Shown here piece by piece: positions 37,066-46,481 of a DNA stretch of 64,000 nt. The DNA comes from Flavobacteriaceae bacterium (lineage in GTDB: Bacteria; Bacteroidota; Bacteroidia; Flavobacteriales; Flavobacteriaceae): assembly GCA_947448525.1 (NCBI GenBank), contig CANFNV010000010.1, forward strand, positions 14,157-78,156, written 5' to 3'. A program made the translations under genes and the position numbers. The notes under the pieces are model-generated. The model did no database searches, was not told the origin of the DNA, and saw only the letters and a program-made list of their open reading frames with translations. The stretch's first letter is position 1. The number at the start of each line of letters is the position of its first letter.

Positions 37066-38592
37066 TTATTTAAAAATATTCATTTTCTCATCATATATAG
37101 GACTTTGTATTGCTAAAAAATTCAAAACACTATGGAATACATGGTTCTGAGACAACATTTTATTGGGCTTTAGTTGTTTGGAACCATCGGATAACCAAAC
37201 AATAAAGGGAATTTCAAATTGCTCTTTGGGAGCGATACTTAAAGGCAATCCGTGCATGTACAGGTTTTTTTCACCCAATGATTCGCCATGGTCAGAAACA
37301 AAAATCATTGTACTGTGAAACTGCTTTAATTGTTTTAAATCTTCTATTACTTTAGACAAAATATAATCAGTATAAACAATAGTATTATCATAGGCATTGA
37401 TCAGCTCTGTATGGGAACATTTTCCTAATTCAACACTATTACAAACGGGTTTAAAAGTCTCAAATTGAGGTGGATATTTCTGACTATATGTTGGCCCGTG
37501 ACTTGTGCTGGTATGCAACACGACCAATATTTTATTTTTTGTACTAGCTTCAATTTGTTCTTTAAGACCACTTAATAGAATTTCATCATAATTACATCTT
37601 TCTCCTTTGCAATAGGGCATTAATGCTTCTCTATTTTGATAATTCTTAATATGAACAGGTGGTTCGCCCCAATTGGTTGTTCTCCAAATAACATCTACAT
37701 TGTTTCTAAATAAATAATTTGGTAAAATTTCATACAAATCGTCAGTGTTTGTATGTTCTAAAATACCCTTTAAACCTGCTGTAGTATAGGTAGCGCAGGA
37801 TTTCGCATTAAAATGAGATACATTCGGAATTTTAGAAAGTAATGGATTTGTATTTTTAGAATAGCCATATAAAGAAAAATTCTGACTTCTAGCAGATTCA
37901 CCAATAACAAGAATTACTACCGATTTCTGATTGTCTTTAATTGTTGCATTGGGAAGAACTATTTCTTTTTGATTTTTTTTGTACTCATGGGTGTAAAAAA
38001 GGGAAATATTAACTGTATAAGACCACGGCATAGCTAATCCGCCCAATACCTTTGAATTTTTATCAATCCACAACCAATTACTGGCATTTACAAATACCAA
38101 AGCTAGAATAAATAGTAGAGTAAGAGACATGGTTTTTAAAAATTGCCCCCATACAACATTTATTATTTTAACTTTAATGATGTAAACACTCGGAATAATA
38201 CCAAATAGAATTACGTAGACTACTAATTTTAGGGAAAAAAAACTGCTGGACTCCTCAAATTTGGTATTGAGAATATTGCCAATCATGCTTTCATCAATAA
38301 TAACATTATAAGTGTTGATAAAGTAAACGGCAATCGAATTAATTATAAAAAACAATACTAATAAAAATTTTCCAACATAACGAGACAAAAAGAAAATCAA
38401 ATAAAAAACAAGAGCATTTAAAACCAACATTAGAATTACCAAACTAATTATAATAGTAATACCATTTACACCTTTATAATCAAGATTATTAAAAACAAAG
38501 GTGAAAAATGGAAGATGAAAAAATAAAAAATTAATAAAACTCATTAACAATACAAAATGAGTTATTTTAAAATTACCTTTTAAAGTAAACAT
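37066..38592 (-). CDS. eptA: Phosphoethanolamine transferase, EptA/MCR family
   Basis: N-terminal TM domain; VIGESAR (Glu), SCATYTT (catalytic Thr position), SHGPTY, YDNTIVYTD, SDHGESLGE, YMHG. Confidence 0.92.
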   Translation of the reverse strand: MFTLKGNFKITHFVLLMSFINFLFFHLPFFTFVFNNLDYKGVNGITIIISLVILMLVLNALVFYLIFFLSRYVGKFLLVLFFIINSIAVYFINTYNVIIDESMIGNILNTKFEESSSFFSLKLVVYVILFGIIPSVYIIKVKIINVVWGQFLKTMSLTLLFILALVFVNASNWLWIDKNSKVLGGLAMPWSYTVNISLFYTHEYKKNQKEIVLPNATIKDNQKSVVILVIGESARSQNFSLYGYSKNTNPLLSKIPNVSHFNAKSCATYTTAGLKGILEHTNTDDLYEILPNYLFRNNVDVIWRTTNWGEPPVHIKNYQNREALMPYCKGERCNYDEILLSGLKEQIEASTKNKILVVLHTSTSHGPTYSQKYPPQFETFKPVCNSVELGKCSHTELINAYDNTIVYTDYILSKVIEDLKQLKQFHSTMIFVSDHGESLGEKNLYMHGLPLSIAPKEQFEIPFIVWLSDGSKQLKPNKMLSQNHVFHSVLNFLAIQSPIYDEKMNIFK

Positions 38593-39445
38593 AAATAAAT
38601 TTATATAATGAAATAATTAAGCTGATTAATGCCACGTAATAGACAAACAAATTTTCATGAAATATTCTGATAACTAATAAAATAGAGCAAACCATCAACA
38701 AAGCAATAAAAAAAGGATAGGATTTTTTATTATTTATCCAAGACCAAATTTGGTATTTTTTATTAATAAAAATTCCAGAAATTCCAGAAATATAACCAAT
38801 TATACTTCCAATAATAACATCAAGCGGATAGTGAGCTCCAACACCTACTCGCGTAAAAGAAATAATTAACGCCGTTGTAATTAATAAAAAAAACCATAAT
38901 AGCTTATTCTTCCCTTTTTTGGGCATAAAAGCAAATAAAAGTACAGTCAATATTGTAAAAATAGTAATCGAATGCCCTGACGGCATACTATTATGTCCAG
39001 AAATTGTTTTTCCAACAATTTTAAAACTAGTAGTATCAAATACTGCTGCTGGTCTTGGAACTAAAAATATTTTTTTTAAAACCGTAGAAAAAAGAGCCGA
39101 AACAAGCAAAGCCGATATCAATGCTTCCCATATTTTTGGAGCATACATAATAAAAATAGTAAGAAATGACAAACAAATTAAAGCATCTCCAAACTGAGTA
39201 AGATTATAAATCAAACAAGGAAATGAAGCCAACTTAGAATTTATATAAAAAAAGTAATCTTTTTGAATTTCTATATATTTATTAATAGATAAAGCGTCTT
39301 GAGAGAAAAGAAAAAAAACAATTAAACTTAAAATGAGAATAGGTAAAAAAAACAAAGACACTTTGAGTTTGGAATAATTATAAATAACCTTAGCATTGAT
39401 TGTATATTTATTTTCTAGATTTTTATCAATAAATTTATCTAACAT
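38573..39445 (-). CDS. PAP2 family membrane phosphatase, LpxE-like lipid A 1-phosphatase candidate
   Basis: C1 LKKIFLVPRP, C2 PSGH, C3 TRVGVGAHYPLD; overlaps eptA by 20 nt. Confidence 0.85.
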   Translation of the reverse strand: MLDKFIDKNLENKYTINAKVIYNYSKLKVSLFFLPILILSLIVFFLFSQDALSINKYIEIQKDYFFYINSKLASFPCLIYNLTQFGDALICLSFLTIFIMYAPKIWEALISALLVSALFSTVLKKIFLVPRPAAVFDTTSFKIVGKTISGHNSMPSGHSITIFTILTVLLFAFMPKKGKNKLLWFFLLITTALIISFTRVGVGAHYPLDVIIGSIIGYISGISGIFINKKYQIWSWINNKKSYPFFIALLMVCSILLVIRIFHENLFVYYVALISLIISLYKFIYVYFKR

Positions 39446-39538
39446 TGCTTTAATTTTTTACTTTTTAAAAGGTGATGAACCAGTTTTTAGTAGTGTTATA
39501 CTATAAAAAAAACAAAATTCTATATTCTAAGATGAGTC

Positions 39539-39546
39539 CAAAGATA
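39539..39546 (-). promoter_or_regulatory. -7 promoter element for the PAP2-eptA operon
   Basis: Minus strand TATCTTTG about 95 nt upstream of ATG 39445. Confidence 0.45.
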
Positions 39547-39749
39547 CGAAACAAACCGTAATTTGAATTCAATTTTTAATCTTGTTTACATCTACTTATA
39601 TTCGGTTGTTTATTTTATCTTTTAAAGACAGATACAATAAATGTAGTGCGTTTGAAATAAAGAAAATAAAAAATAATCACTCTTAAAAATCCAAAACAGA
39701 AGTTTATTTTTTTCAACACTATTAAATATTAAAGTCGTAAAAATTAAAT

Positions 39750-39757
39750 TAAATTTG
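39750..39757 (+). promoter_or_regulatory. -7 promoter element for the Glu/Leu/Phe/Val dehydrogenase gene
   Basis: TAAATTTG 18 nt upstream of the ATG. Confidence 0.6.
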
Positions 39758-39774
39758 CACACAAACAAACTATA

Positions 39775-41001
39775 ATGAAAGAATTACTTAAAAAATTTGA
39801 AAATAAAACTCCTGAAATTGTATTCAATTGGAAAGATAGCGAAACTGAAGCCGAGGGTTGGACGGTTATAAATTCCTTACGAGGCGGAGCCGCTGGCGGA
39901 GGAACCCGAATGCGCAAAGGTTTAGATATGAACGAAGTCTTATCGTTAGCAAAAACGATGGAAGTTAAATTTTCTGTTTCGGGTCCTGCAATAGGTGGTG
40001 CCAAATCGGGAATAAATTTTGATCCGAATGACCCACGTAAAAAAGGTGTTTTGCAACGATGGTACAAAGCCGTTTCTCCGTTATTAAAAAGTTATTACGG
40101 AACTGGTGGCGATTTAAATGTAGACGAAATTCATGAGGTAATTCCGTTTACCGAAGAATGTGGGGTATGGCATCCACAAGAAGGCGTTTTTAATGGGCAT
40201 TTCAAACCTTCTGAGGCGGATAAAATTAATAGAATTGGGCAGTTGCGACAAGGTGTTATCAAAGTTATTGAAAACCCAAAATTTTCTCCGGATGTTTTAA
40301 GAAAATTCACCATTGCCGATATGATTACAGGTTATGGCGTTGCCGAAGCAGTACGTCATTATTACAATACCTATGGAGGCGATTTTCGTAATAAAAAAGC
40401 TATTATTCAGGGCTTTGGAAATGTAGGTTCTGCTGCTGCTTTTTATCTTGCCGAGATGGGTGTTAAAATTATTGGAATTATTGATCGTGAAGGTGGAATT
40501 ATTAATGAAATCGGATTCAACTTTGAAGAAATCAGACAATTATTCTTGAATAAAGACGGAAATAAATTGGTTGCAGACAACCTAATGCCCTTTGAAGAAA
40601 TCAATCAAAAAATATGGACAATTGGCGCTGATATTTTTGCGCCCTGCGCAGCTTCAAGATTGGTTACGAAAGACCAATTGGACAATTTAATTAGTGCTGG
40701 GTTGAAAGTCATTTCATGTGGCGCCAATGTTCCGTTTGCCGATAGAGAAATTTTCTTTGGAGCTATAATGGAAGAAACCGACAGCAAAGTAAGTTTGATT
40801 CCTGATTTTATTTCCAACTGTGGAATGGCAAGAGTTTTTGCTTATTTCATGGAAAAAAAAGTACAAATGACTGACGAAGCTATTTTCTATGATATCTCAG
40901 AAACCATTAAAAAAGCAATTGAAAGAGCGCACAATTTAAATCCAAGTACCAAAAATATTTGTGCAACCGCTTTTGAAATTGCCTTAAAACAATTAGTATA
41001 A
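39775..41001 (+). CDS. Glu/Leu/Phe/Val dehydrogenase family protein
   Basis: GGAAGGGTRM, GGAKSG, GGDLN, TGYGV, QGFGNVG, CGAN, PDFISNCG. Confidence 0.9.
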   Translation: MKELLKKFENKTPEIVFNWKDSETEAEGWTVINSLRGGAAGGGTRMRKGLDMNEVLSLAKTMEVKFSVSGPAIGGAKSGINFDPNDPRKKGVLQRWYKAVSPLLKSYYGTGGDLNVDEIHEVIPFTEECGVWHPQEGVFNGHFKPSEADKINRIGQLRQGVIKVIENPKFSPDVLRKFTIADMITGYGVAEAVRHYYNTYGGDFRNKKAIIQGFGNVGSAAAFYLAEMGVKIIGIIDREGGIINEIGFNFEEIRQLFLNKDGNKLVADNLMPFEEINQKIWTIGADIFAPCAASRLVTKDQLDNLISAGLKVISCGANVPFADREIFFGAIMEETDSKVSLIPDFISNCGMARVFAYFMEKKVQMTDEAIFYDISETIKKAIERAHNLNPSTKNICATAFEIALKQLV

Positions 41002-42153
41002 TTGAAACTAAAAAAGCTATTTAATTATTTTTTTAAAAGTGAAAAAGCTGGCGGATTAATACTTTTAATCGGTACATTCATTTCGATTGCATTATCAAAT
41101 TCTTCGTTATCAAATAAATACTTATCCATTTGGCATCATTCTATAGGGAACCACACTATCGAATATTGGATAAATGATGGATTAATGACTATTTTCTTTT
41201 TGCTAATTGGATTAGAATTAAAACGTGAAGTTTGCATTGGCGAATTATCAAATATAAAAGAGGCTACTCTACCAATAATTGGAGCTATCGGAGGAATGGT
41301 GGTTCCGGGTTTGTTATATATATCATTAAATTTGGGCACTAAAACGCATTCTGGGTTTGGTATTCCAATGGCTACTGACATTGCTTTTGCAATTGGTATT
41401 TTATCACTTTTGGGCAATAAAGTACCTCTTTCATTAAAAGTTTTTTTAACCGCATTGGCAGTTATTGACGATATAGGTGCTATTGTAATAATTGCTGTTT
41501 TTTACACCAAAACAATTTATTTTACTAACTTATTGATTTCATTATCCATTTTTGGTGTATTGATATTAATTAGAAAATTGAAAGTTAAAACTCTTTTTTG
41601 GTATTTAATCGGTGGATTTTTCATGTGGTATTTCATGCTGCACTCTGGAGTTCATGCAACAATAACAGGAATTCTACTTGCTTTTGCAATTCCATTTGGA
41701 GATGGAACCGAAAATACTCATTCGTATAAACTTCAAAAGTGGATACACAAACCGGTTGCATTCCTTATTATTCCCATATTTGTACTAAATAACACAGCAA
41801 TTATTATCGGAAAAGATTGGCTATCTTCTTTATCAGAAACTTACTCATTAGGAATTATTATTGGTTTATGTATTGGAAAACCACTCGGAATATTAAGTTT
41901 TATTTTTCTTGCAGTAAAACTAAAACTGACCAAATTACCTAAAGAGTTCAAATGGAGTCAATTAATAGGATTAGGTTTTCTGGGTGGAATTGGATTTACA
42001 ATGTCAATTTTTATAACATTATTAGCTTTTGATGACAATCAGATTATTAATAATTCCAAATTTATGATATTAATTGCATCATTCTTTTCGGGTGGAATTG
42101 GATTTATTTGGCTTAAAATAAGTAACTCTTCAAAAAAAGATTTAGATTATTAA
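41002..42153 (+). CDS. nhaA: Na+/H+ antiporter NhaA
   Basis: TTG start abutting the previous stop; WINDGLMTIFF, PMATDIAFA, LAVIDDIGAI, SGVHAT, GIGFTMSIFI. Confidence 0.93.
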   Translation: MKLKKLFNYFFKSEKAGGLILLIGTFISIALSNSSLSNKYLSIWHHSIGNHTIEYWINDGLMTIFFLLIGLELKREVCIGELSNIKEATLPIIGAIGGMVVPGLLYISLNLGTKTHSGFGIPMATDIAFAIGILSLLGNKVPLSLKVFLTALAVIDDIGAIVIIAVFYTKTIYFTNLLISLSIFGVLILIRKLKVKTLFWYLIGGFFMWYFMLHSGVHATITGILLAFAIPFGDGTENTHSYKLQKWIHKPVAFLIIPIFVLNNTAIIIGKDWLSSLSETYSLGIIIGLCIGKPLGILSFIFLAVKLKLTKLPKEFKWSQLIGLGFLGGIGFTMSIFITLLAFDDNQIINNSKFMILIASFFSGGIGFIWLKISNSSKKDLDY

Positions 42154-42203
42154 ACAACAATTTTTAGTATATTTATGCGTTAAAAAAATAAATACTAAAG
42201 CGT

Positions 42204-43127
42204 ATGAGTTTAGATTCTTCCCCTTCAGATAAAAGAAAATCGTTTGTAATAGCAAGTCTTATTTATGGTTTGTTGTTGTTGATTTTGTTTTTTATTCGCT
42301 TTTGGCCTCCTTCAGATGAAGAGATTCTTGCTATGGCAGGTGGTGGAGGTGGTGGAGGTGTTACAATCAATTTTGGTGATACCGACTTTGGTTCTGGCAA
42401 AAATTATGATAGTAAAGAATTGGAAGTAAAAAACAATACCCAACAAGCTTTGGCAAAAGAAATACCTGAAGAAGACATCATAACTCAAGATGAGGAAGGG
42501 GATAAAAGCGATGCTATTGTCGGTAAAAATGACCCTGTTAAAAATCCGAAAACACTTATAAAACCTGAAGTTGTTAAACCTTTAGAAGTCAAAAAACCTG
42601 TTGTTAAAAAAGTGGACGAAGCATTAGCAAACATTCTACACGGAAACAAAAAAGGAGGTGATGGAAACAGCAGTTCCTCTGGAAATCAAGGTCGAGCCAA
42701 CGGAGATATCAACTCGAATGGATACAATGGTTCTGGTGTCTCTGGTGGCGGCTCTGGAGGCGGTAATGGTAAAGGAAACGGTACAGGTTCTGGAATGGGT
42801 ACAGGTTCTGGAAGTGGTGGCGGAAATGGAAGTGGTACAGGAAAAGGAACTGGTTCAGGATATGCACTTGGAGGCAGAAAACCTTTAAACAAACCCGCTC
42901 CAGAAAATTGTGGAAATGATACAGGTACTATTGTAGTAAAAATAATTGTCGATAAAAATGGAACTGCAATAAGTGCTAGTCCTGGATACAGAGGAACTAA
43001 AAACTCCACTAGCTGTATGTTGAACGCTGCAAAAATAGCCGCTCTAGCAACCAAGTGGGAACCAAGTTCAATTGGTGCAGAAAAACAAGAAGGGACAATT
43101 ACCTATAATTTTACAATAATGAATTAA
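42204..43127 (+). CDS. Energy transducer TonB-like protein with Gly-rich linker
   Basis: Single N-terminal TM helix, charged/Pro segment, long G/S/N/T tract, C-terminal TonB domain (GTIVVKIIVDKNG...EGTITYNF). Confidence 0.85.
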   Translation: MSLDSSPSDKRKSFVIASLIYGLLLLILFFIRFWPPSDEEILAMAGGGGGGGVTINFGDTDFGSGKNYDSKELEVKNNTQQALAKEIPEEDIITQDEEGDKSDAIVGKNDPVKNPKTLIKPEVVKPLEVKKPVVKKVDEALANILHGNKKGGDGNSSSSGNQGRANGDINSNGYNGSGVSGGGSGGGNGKGNGTGSGMGTGSGSGGGNGSGTGKGTGSGYALGGRKPLNKPAPENCGNDTGTIVVKIIVDKNGTAISASPGYRGTKNSTSCMLNAAKIAALATKWEPSSIGAEKQEGTITYNFTIMN

Positions 43128-43159
43128 TCTCAGGTTTTGGAATTGAAAATCCAAAAACT

Positions 43160-43240
43160 ATACCTCCAAAGAACATTTTATTTTTTTTAATACACAAAAA
43201 TCAAACGGAATTACTAAAGAAAAAGCCGGTCTTAAATAAA
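43160..43240 (+). pseudogene. Possible degenerate 3' remnant of a T9SS type-B CTD cargo gene
   Basis: With frameshifts the spacer reads roughly PPRTFYFF.YTK / SNGITKEKAGL, resembling type-B CTD ends (LPxGTYFYILKY...KEKAGYLY), directly upstream of a porP/sprF gene. Confidence 0.4.
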
Positions 43241-43261
43241 TTACTATTAAATAAAAAATAA

Positions 43262-44173
43262 ATGAAAACAAAAATAATTTTCTTTGTTATGTTATTTATT
43301 GGATTTATGAGTTATTCGCAACAAGATGCTCAATACACCCAATACATGTATAATACAGAAACCATTAATCCGGCATATGCAGGATCGCGAGGAGTTTTAA
43401 GTATATTTGGATTATACCGCGCACAATGGGTCGGATTAGATGGTGCTCCAAAAACAGGCAACTTTTCAATTAACTCTCCAATTGAAAATTCAAATATTGG
43501 AGTTGGATTAACTTTAATTAATGATCAAATAGGTCCTACAGTTAGCAATTCTTTATCTGCCGATTTATCCTATACCATTAGAACCTCAGAAGTATATAAA
43601 TTATCATTTGGTTTAAAAGGAACAGCAAATTTCTTTAATTTCTATAAAGAAAAACTTAACCCTCAAATAATTACTGACCCTACTTTAGGGAATTTAAATA
43701 ATTATTTTTCCCAAAATATTGGTGCAGGGGCTTACTTGCATTCTAATAAAATGTATTTAGGATTATCAGTTCCTAATTTTTTTCAAACAAAAATGTATCA
43801 TGACAATGAATATGCTGTTTATACCCAGCGCATGAACATTTATTTTATTGGAGGTTATGTCTTTAATTTATCTCCAGATATCAAGTTTAAGCCGGCCTTT
43901 TTAGTAAAAACTGTTTATGGAGCGCCTTTACAATTAAATCTTTCAGCAAATATGTTGTTTTATGATAAATTTATGCTTGGTGCTGCTTATAGATGGGATG
44001 CAGCAGGAAGTTTGATGGCAGGATTTCAAGTTAGTGAAGGCCTGTATATTGGTTATGGGTATGATTTAGATACTACCCATTTGGCGCACTATAACTCAGG
44101 TTCACATGAAATATTTTTACGATATGAGTTTTTTAAACATAATAATAGAATTGTTTCACCAAGATTTTTTTAA
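43262..44173 (+). CDS. PorP/SprF family T9SS membrane protein
   Basis: QQDAQYTQYMYN..INPAYAG, YRAQWVGLDGAP, GSHEIFLRY, SPRFF C-terminus. Confidence 0.95.
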   Translation: MKTKIIFFVMLFIGFMSYSQQDAQYTQYMYNTETINPAYAGSRGVLSIFGLYRAQWVGLDGAPKTGNFSINSPIENSNIGVGLTLINDQIGPTVSNSLSADLSYTIRTSEVYKLSFGLKGTANFFNFYKEKLNPQIITDPTLGNLNNYFSQNIGAGAYLHSNKMYLGLSVPNFFQTKMYHDNEYAVYTQRMNIYFIGGYVFNLSPDIKFKPAFLVKTVYGAPLQLNLSANMLFYDKFMLGAAYRWDAAGSLMAGFQVSEGLYIGYGYDLDTTHLAHYNSGSHEIFLRYEFFKHNNRIVSPRFF

Positions 44174-44185
44174 TATTTATATAGG

Positions 44186-46147
44186 ATGAAAAATAAAATA
44201 AAATACTTAATTCTTGCAGGGATTGTTTCTTTGAACATTAATGCACAATCTGTAAAAATTAAAGAAGTTAAAGCAGCTAATCAATATGAAAAATTTGCTT
44301 ATGTAAATGCAATTAAAACCTACGAACGAATATTTGCAAAAGGGTATAAATCACAAGATTTATTGGAAAAATTAGGAGATTCCTATTATTTTAAAGCCGA
44401 TTTAAATAATGCTGCAAAATGGTATACTGAACTTTTCAATTTTTCTCAAGATATAACCCCAGAATATTATTACCGCTATTCGCAATCATTAAAAGCTATA
44501 AAAGATTATAAAAAAGCAGATGAGATGATGGCTGTATTTATTCAAAAAAACGGTAACGATTTAAGAGCAAAATTAGCCAACTCGCAAAAAAATTATTTAG
44601 AACAAATTAAAAAAAATTCTGGGCGTTTTATTATTAATAATGCAGGAATAAACTCAAAATATTCTGATTACGGAAGTAGTTTTTATAAAAATAAAATAAT
44701 TTTTACATCCGCTAGAGATACTGGAGGCATTGTAAATAGAACTCACGATTGGACAGGTGAAAGTTTTACCAATTTATACGATGCAGATACACTATCAAAC
44801 GTTTCTAAATTAAAACCTGCCAAATTTGGAGCTAATTTAAATTCCAAATTTCATGAAGCTACACCAGTGTTTACCAAAGATGGCAAAACTGTATATTTTA
44901 CTAGAAATAATTTTTTAAATGGTAAAAAAAGGAAAGACACGCAAAATTCAACTTTATTGAAAATTTATAAAGCAACTATAGTGGATTCTAAATTCACAAA
45001 CATAACTGAATTACCATTCAATAGTGACAATTATAATGTTGCACATCCTGCACTCAGTACAGATGAAAAAACGTTGTATTTTGCATCCAATATGCCAGGT
45101 ACTTTAGGACAATCTGACTTATTTAAAGTGGCCATAAATACGGATGGAAGTTTTGGAAATCCAGTAAATTTAGGGAATGTAATCAATACTGAAGGAAGAG
45201 AAACATTTCCAATGATAACATCCGATAATGAAATTTATTTTGCTTCAGACGGGCATCCCGGGCTTGGAGGATTAGATGTTTTTGTGTCAAAAATGGAGAA
45301 AGAAGGAAATTATAAATATGTAATTAATGTGGGGGAACCCGTAAATAGTTCGCAAGATGACTTTGCATTTTTAATAAATGATATTACAAGAGTTGGATAT
45401 GTAACATCCAATAGAGAAGGCGGACTAGGAAGTGATGATATTTATAAATTTAAAGAAACCAAAAAAATTGAATACCCTTGTGAACAGCTTTTAAAAGGAG
45501 ATGTAACAGAAAAAGCAAACGGACTTCCATTAGCATATTCTAGAGTAACCCTTTCGGATTCAGAATACAAAATGCTAAAAGATAGTTCCACGGATGGCGA
45601 AGGAAAATTTGATTTTGGTACTGTGGATTGCGATTCTAAATATTATGTAAAAGCCGAGAAAAGTGAGTATTCTACTGCTGAAAAAACAGTGCCTATTCCG
45701 AACGAATCTGGAGAAACCTTCGTAGGTTTAGAACTTGAAAAAGAAGTAAACGAAGTAAAAGTTAACGATGATTTATTTAAAGCTTTTGCTATTAAACAAA
45801 TTTACTTTGATTTAGACAAATCCTTCATTCGTATAGATGCCGAAGTAGCGTTAGCCAAAATTTTAGATGTTTTAGAACAATATCCAGCCATGGAAATTGA
45901 TATTCGTTCGCACACCGATTGTCGCCAAACTGCTAAATACAATCTTTCATTGTCCGATAGGAGAGCCAAATCAACCATGGCTTGGTTAATTCAAAAAGGA
46001 ATCAATAAATCAAGAATCACCGGAAGAGGTTATGGAGAATCACAACTTATAAATAATTGTGGATGTGAACCAACAAATGAATCTAATTGCACTGAAGAAC
46101 AACATCAAGCCAATAGAAGATCCGAGTTTATTATTACGAAGTTATAA
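44186..46147 (+). CDS. PorE-like OmpA family protein (TPR - PD40 propeller - carboxypeptidase-reg - OmpA_C)
   Basis: TPR N-terminus, PD40 repeats (HEATPVF, AHPALS, ETFP, GLGGLDVF), IYFDLDKS, SHTDCR, NLSLSDRRA, NRRSEF. Confidence 0.92.
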   Translation: MKNKIKYLILAGIVSLNINAQSVKIKEVKAANQYEKFAYVNAIKTYERIFAKGYKSQDLLEKLGDSYYFKADLNNAAKWYTELFNFSQDITPEYYYRYSQSLKAIKDYKKADEMMAVFIQKNGNDLRAKLANSQKNYLEQIKKNSGRFIINNAGINSKYSDYGSSFYKNKIIFTSARDTGGIVNRTHDWTGESFTNLYDADTLSNVSKLKPAKFGANLNSKFHEATPVFTKDGKTVYFTRNNFLNGKKRKDTQNSTLLKIYKATIVDSKFTNITELPFNSDNYNVAHPALSTDEKTLYFASNMPGTLGQSDLFKVAINTDGSFGNPVNLGNVINTEGRETFPMITSDNEIYFASDGHPGLGGLDVFVSKMEKEGNYKYVINVGEPVNSSQDDFAFLINDITRVGYVTSNREGGLGSDDIYKFKETKKIEYPCEQLLKGDVTEKANGLPLAYSRVTLSDSEYKMLKDSSTDGEGKFDFGTVDCDSKYYVKAEKSEYSTAEKTVPIPNESGETFVGLELEKEVNEVKVNDDLFKAFAIKQIYFDLDKSFIRIDAEVALAKILDVLEQYPAMEIDIRSHTDCRQTAKYNLSLSDRRAKSTMAWLIQKGINKSRITGRGYGESQLINNCGCEPTNESNCTEEQHQANRRSEFIITKL

Positions 46148-46182
46148 TTGATATTTACCCTAACTTATTGAAGAAATACAAT

Positions 46183-46346
46183 AAAAAAATAACCCCTAAA
46201 ATTAATTTAGAGGCTATTGGTACAAGTGGGCGATATTGATTTAACTTCAAATCAAATGTTGGATTTTTTAGAATATTTTATTGAGGAAATGTCATAAAAA
46301 AAACCTCTAAATTGCTTTAGAGGTTTTTGGTACGACAGTGGGCGAT
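46183..46346. mobile_element. att-like scar: imperfect direct repeat of terminator + tRNA-Val 3' end
   Basis: Copy A 46183-46234 ...AACCCCTAAAATTAATTTAGAGGCTATTGGTACAAGTGGGCGAT; copy B 46296-46346 ...AACCTCTAAATTGCTTTAGAGGTTTTTGGTACGACAGTGGGCGAT; identical core AGTGGGCGAT. Confidence 0.6.
46296..46328 (-). terminator. Intrinsic terminator after tRNA-Val
   Basis: AAAAACCTCTAAA-TTGC-TTTAGAGGTTTTT. Confidence 0.85.
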
Positions 46347-46413
46347 GAGGGGTTCGAACCCCCGACCCCCTCGGTGTAAACGAGGTGCTCTGAACCAGCT
46401 GAGCTAATCGCCC
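46339..46413 (-). tRNA. tRNA-Val(TAC)
   Basis: GGGCGATTAGCTCAGCTGGTTCAGAGCACCTCGTTTACACCGAGGGGGTCGGGGGTTCGAACCCCTCATCGCCCA; acceptor stem GGGCGAT/ATCGCCC, anticodon stem CCTCG/CGAGG, TTCGAA T-loop; CCA not encoded. Confidence 0.97.
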
Positions 46414-46435
46414 GATTAGTGCTTGATTGCGAGTG

Positions 46436-46466
46436 CAAATATAACACTCTTTTTTACATCTACAAA
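46436..46466 (-). promoter_or_regulatory. -7/-33 promoter of tRNA-Val
   Basis: Minus strand TATATTTG (46443-46436) and TTTG (46466-46463) with a 19-nt spacer. Confidence 0.7.
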
Positions 46467-46481
46467 TATATTTTTAAAAAT

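Noticed and set aside
37066-38592. Calling the pEtN transferase a mobile mcr allele
   Set aside because: Motifs show family membership only; no IS or plasmid context, and the pap2 gene is upstream (lpxE-eptA order). Identity to mcr alleles cannot be computed here.
39446-39774. ncRNA in the long spacer between the PAP2 gene and the dehydrogenase gene
   Set aside because: Very AT-rich with no stable stems seen; explained by two divergent promoters.
42655-42870. GGN-rich low-complexity tract as a novel repeat element
   Set aside because: Period is a multiple of 3 and it encodes the Gly/Ser linker of the TonB-like protein.
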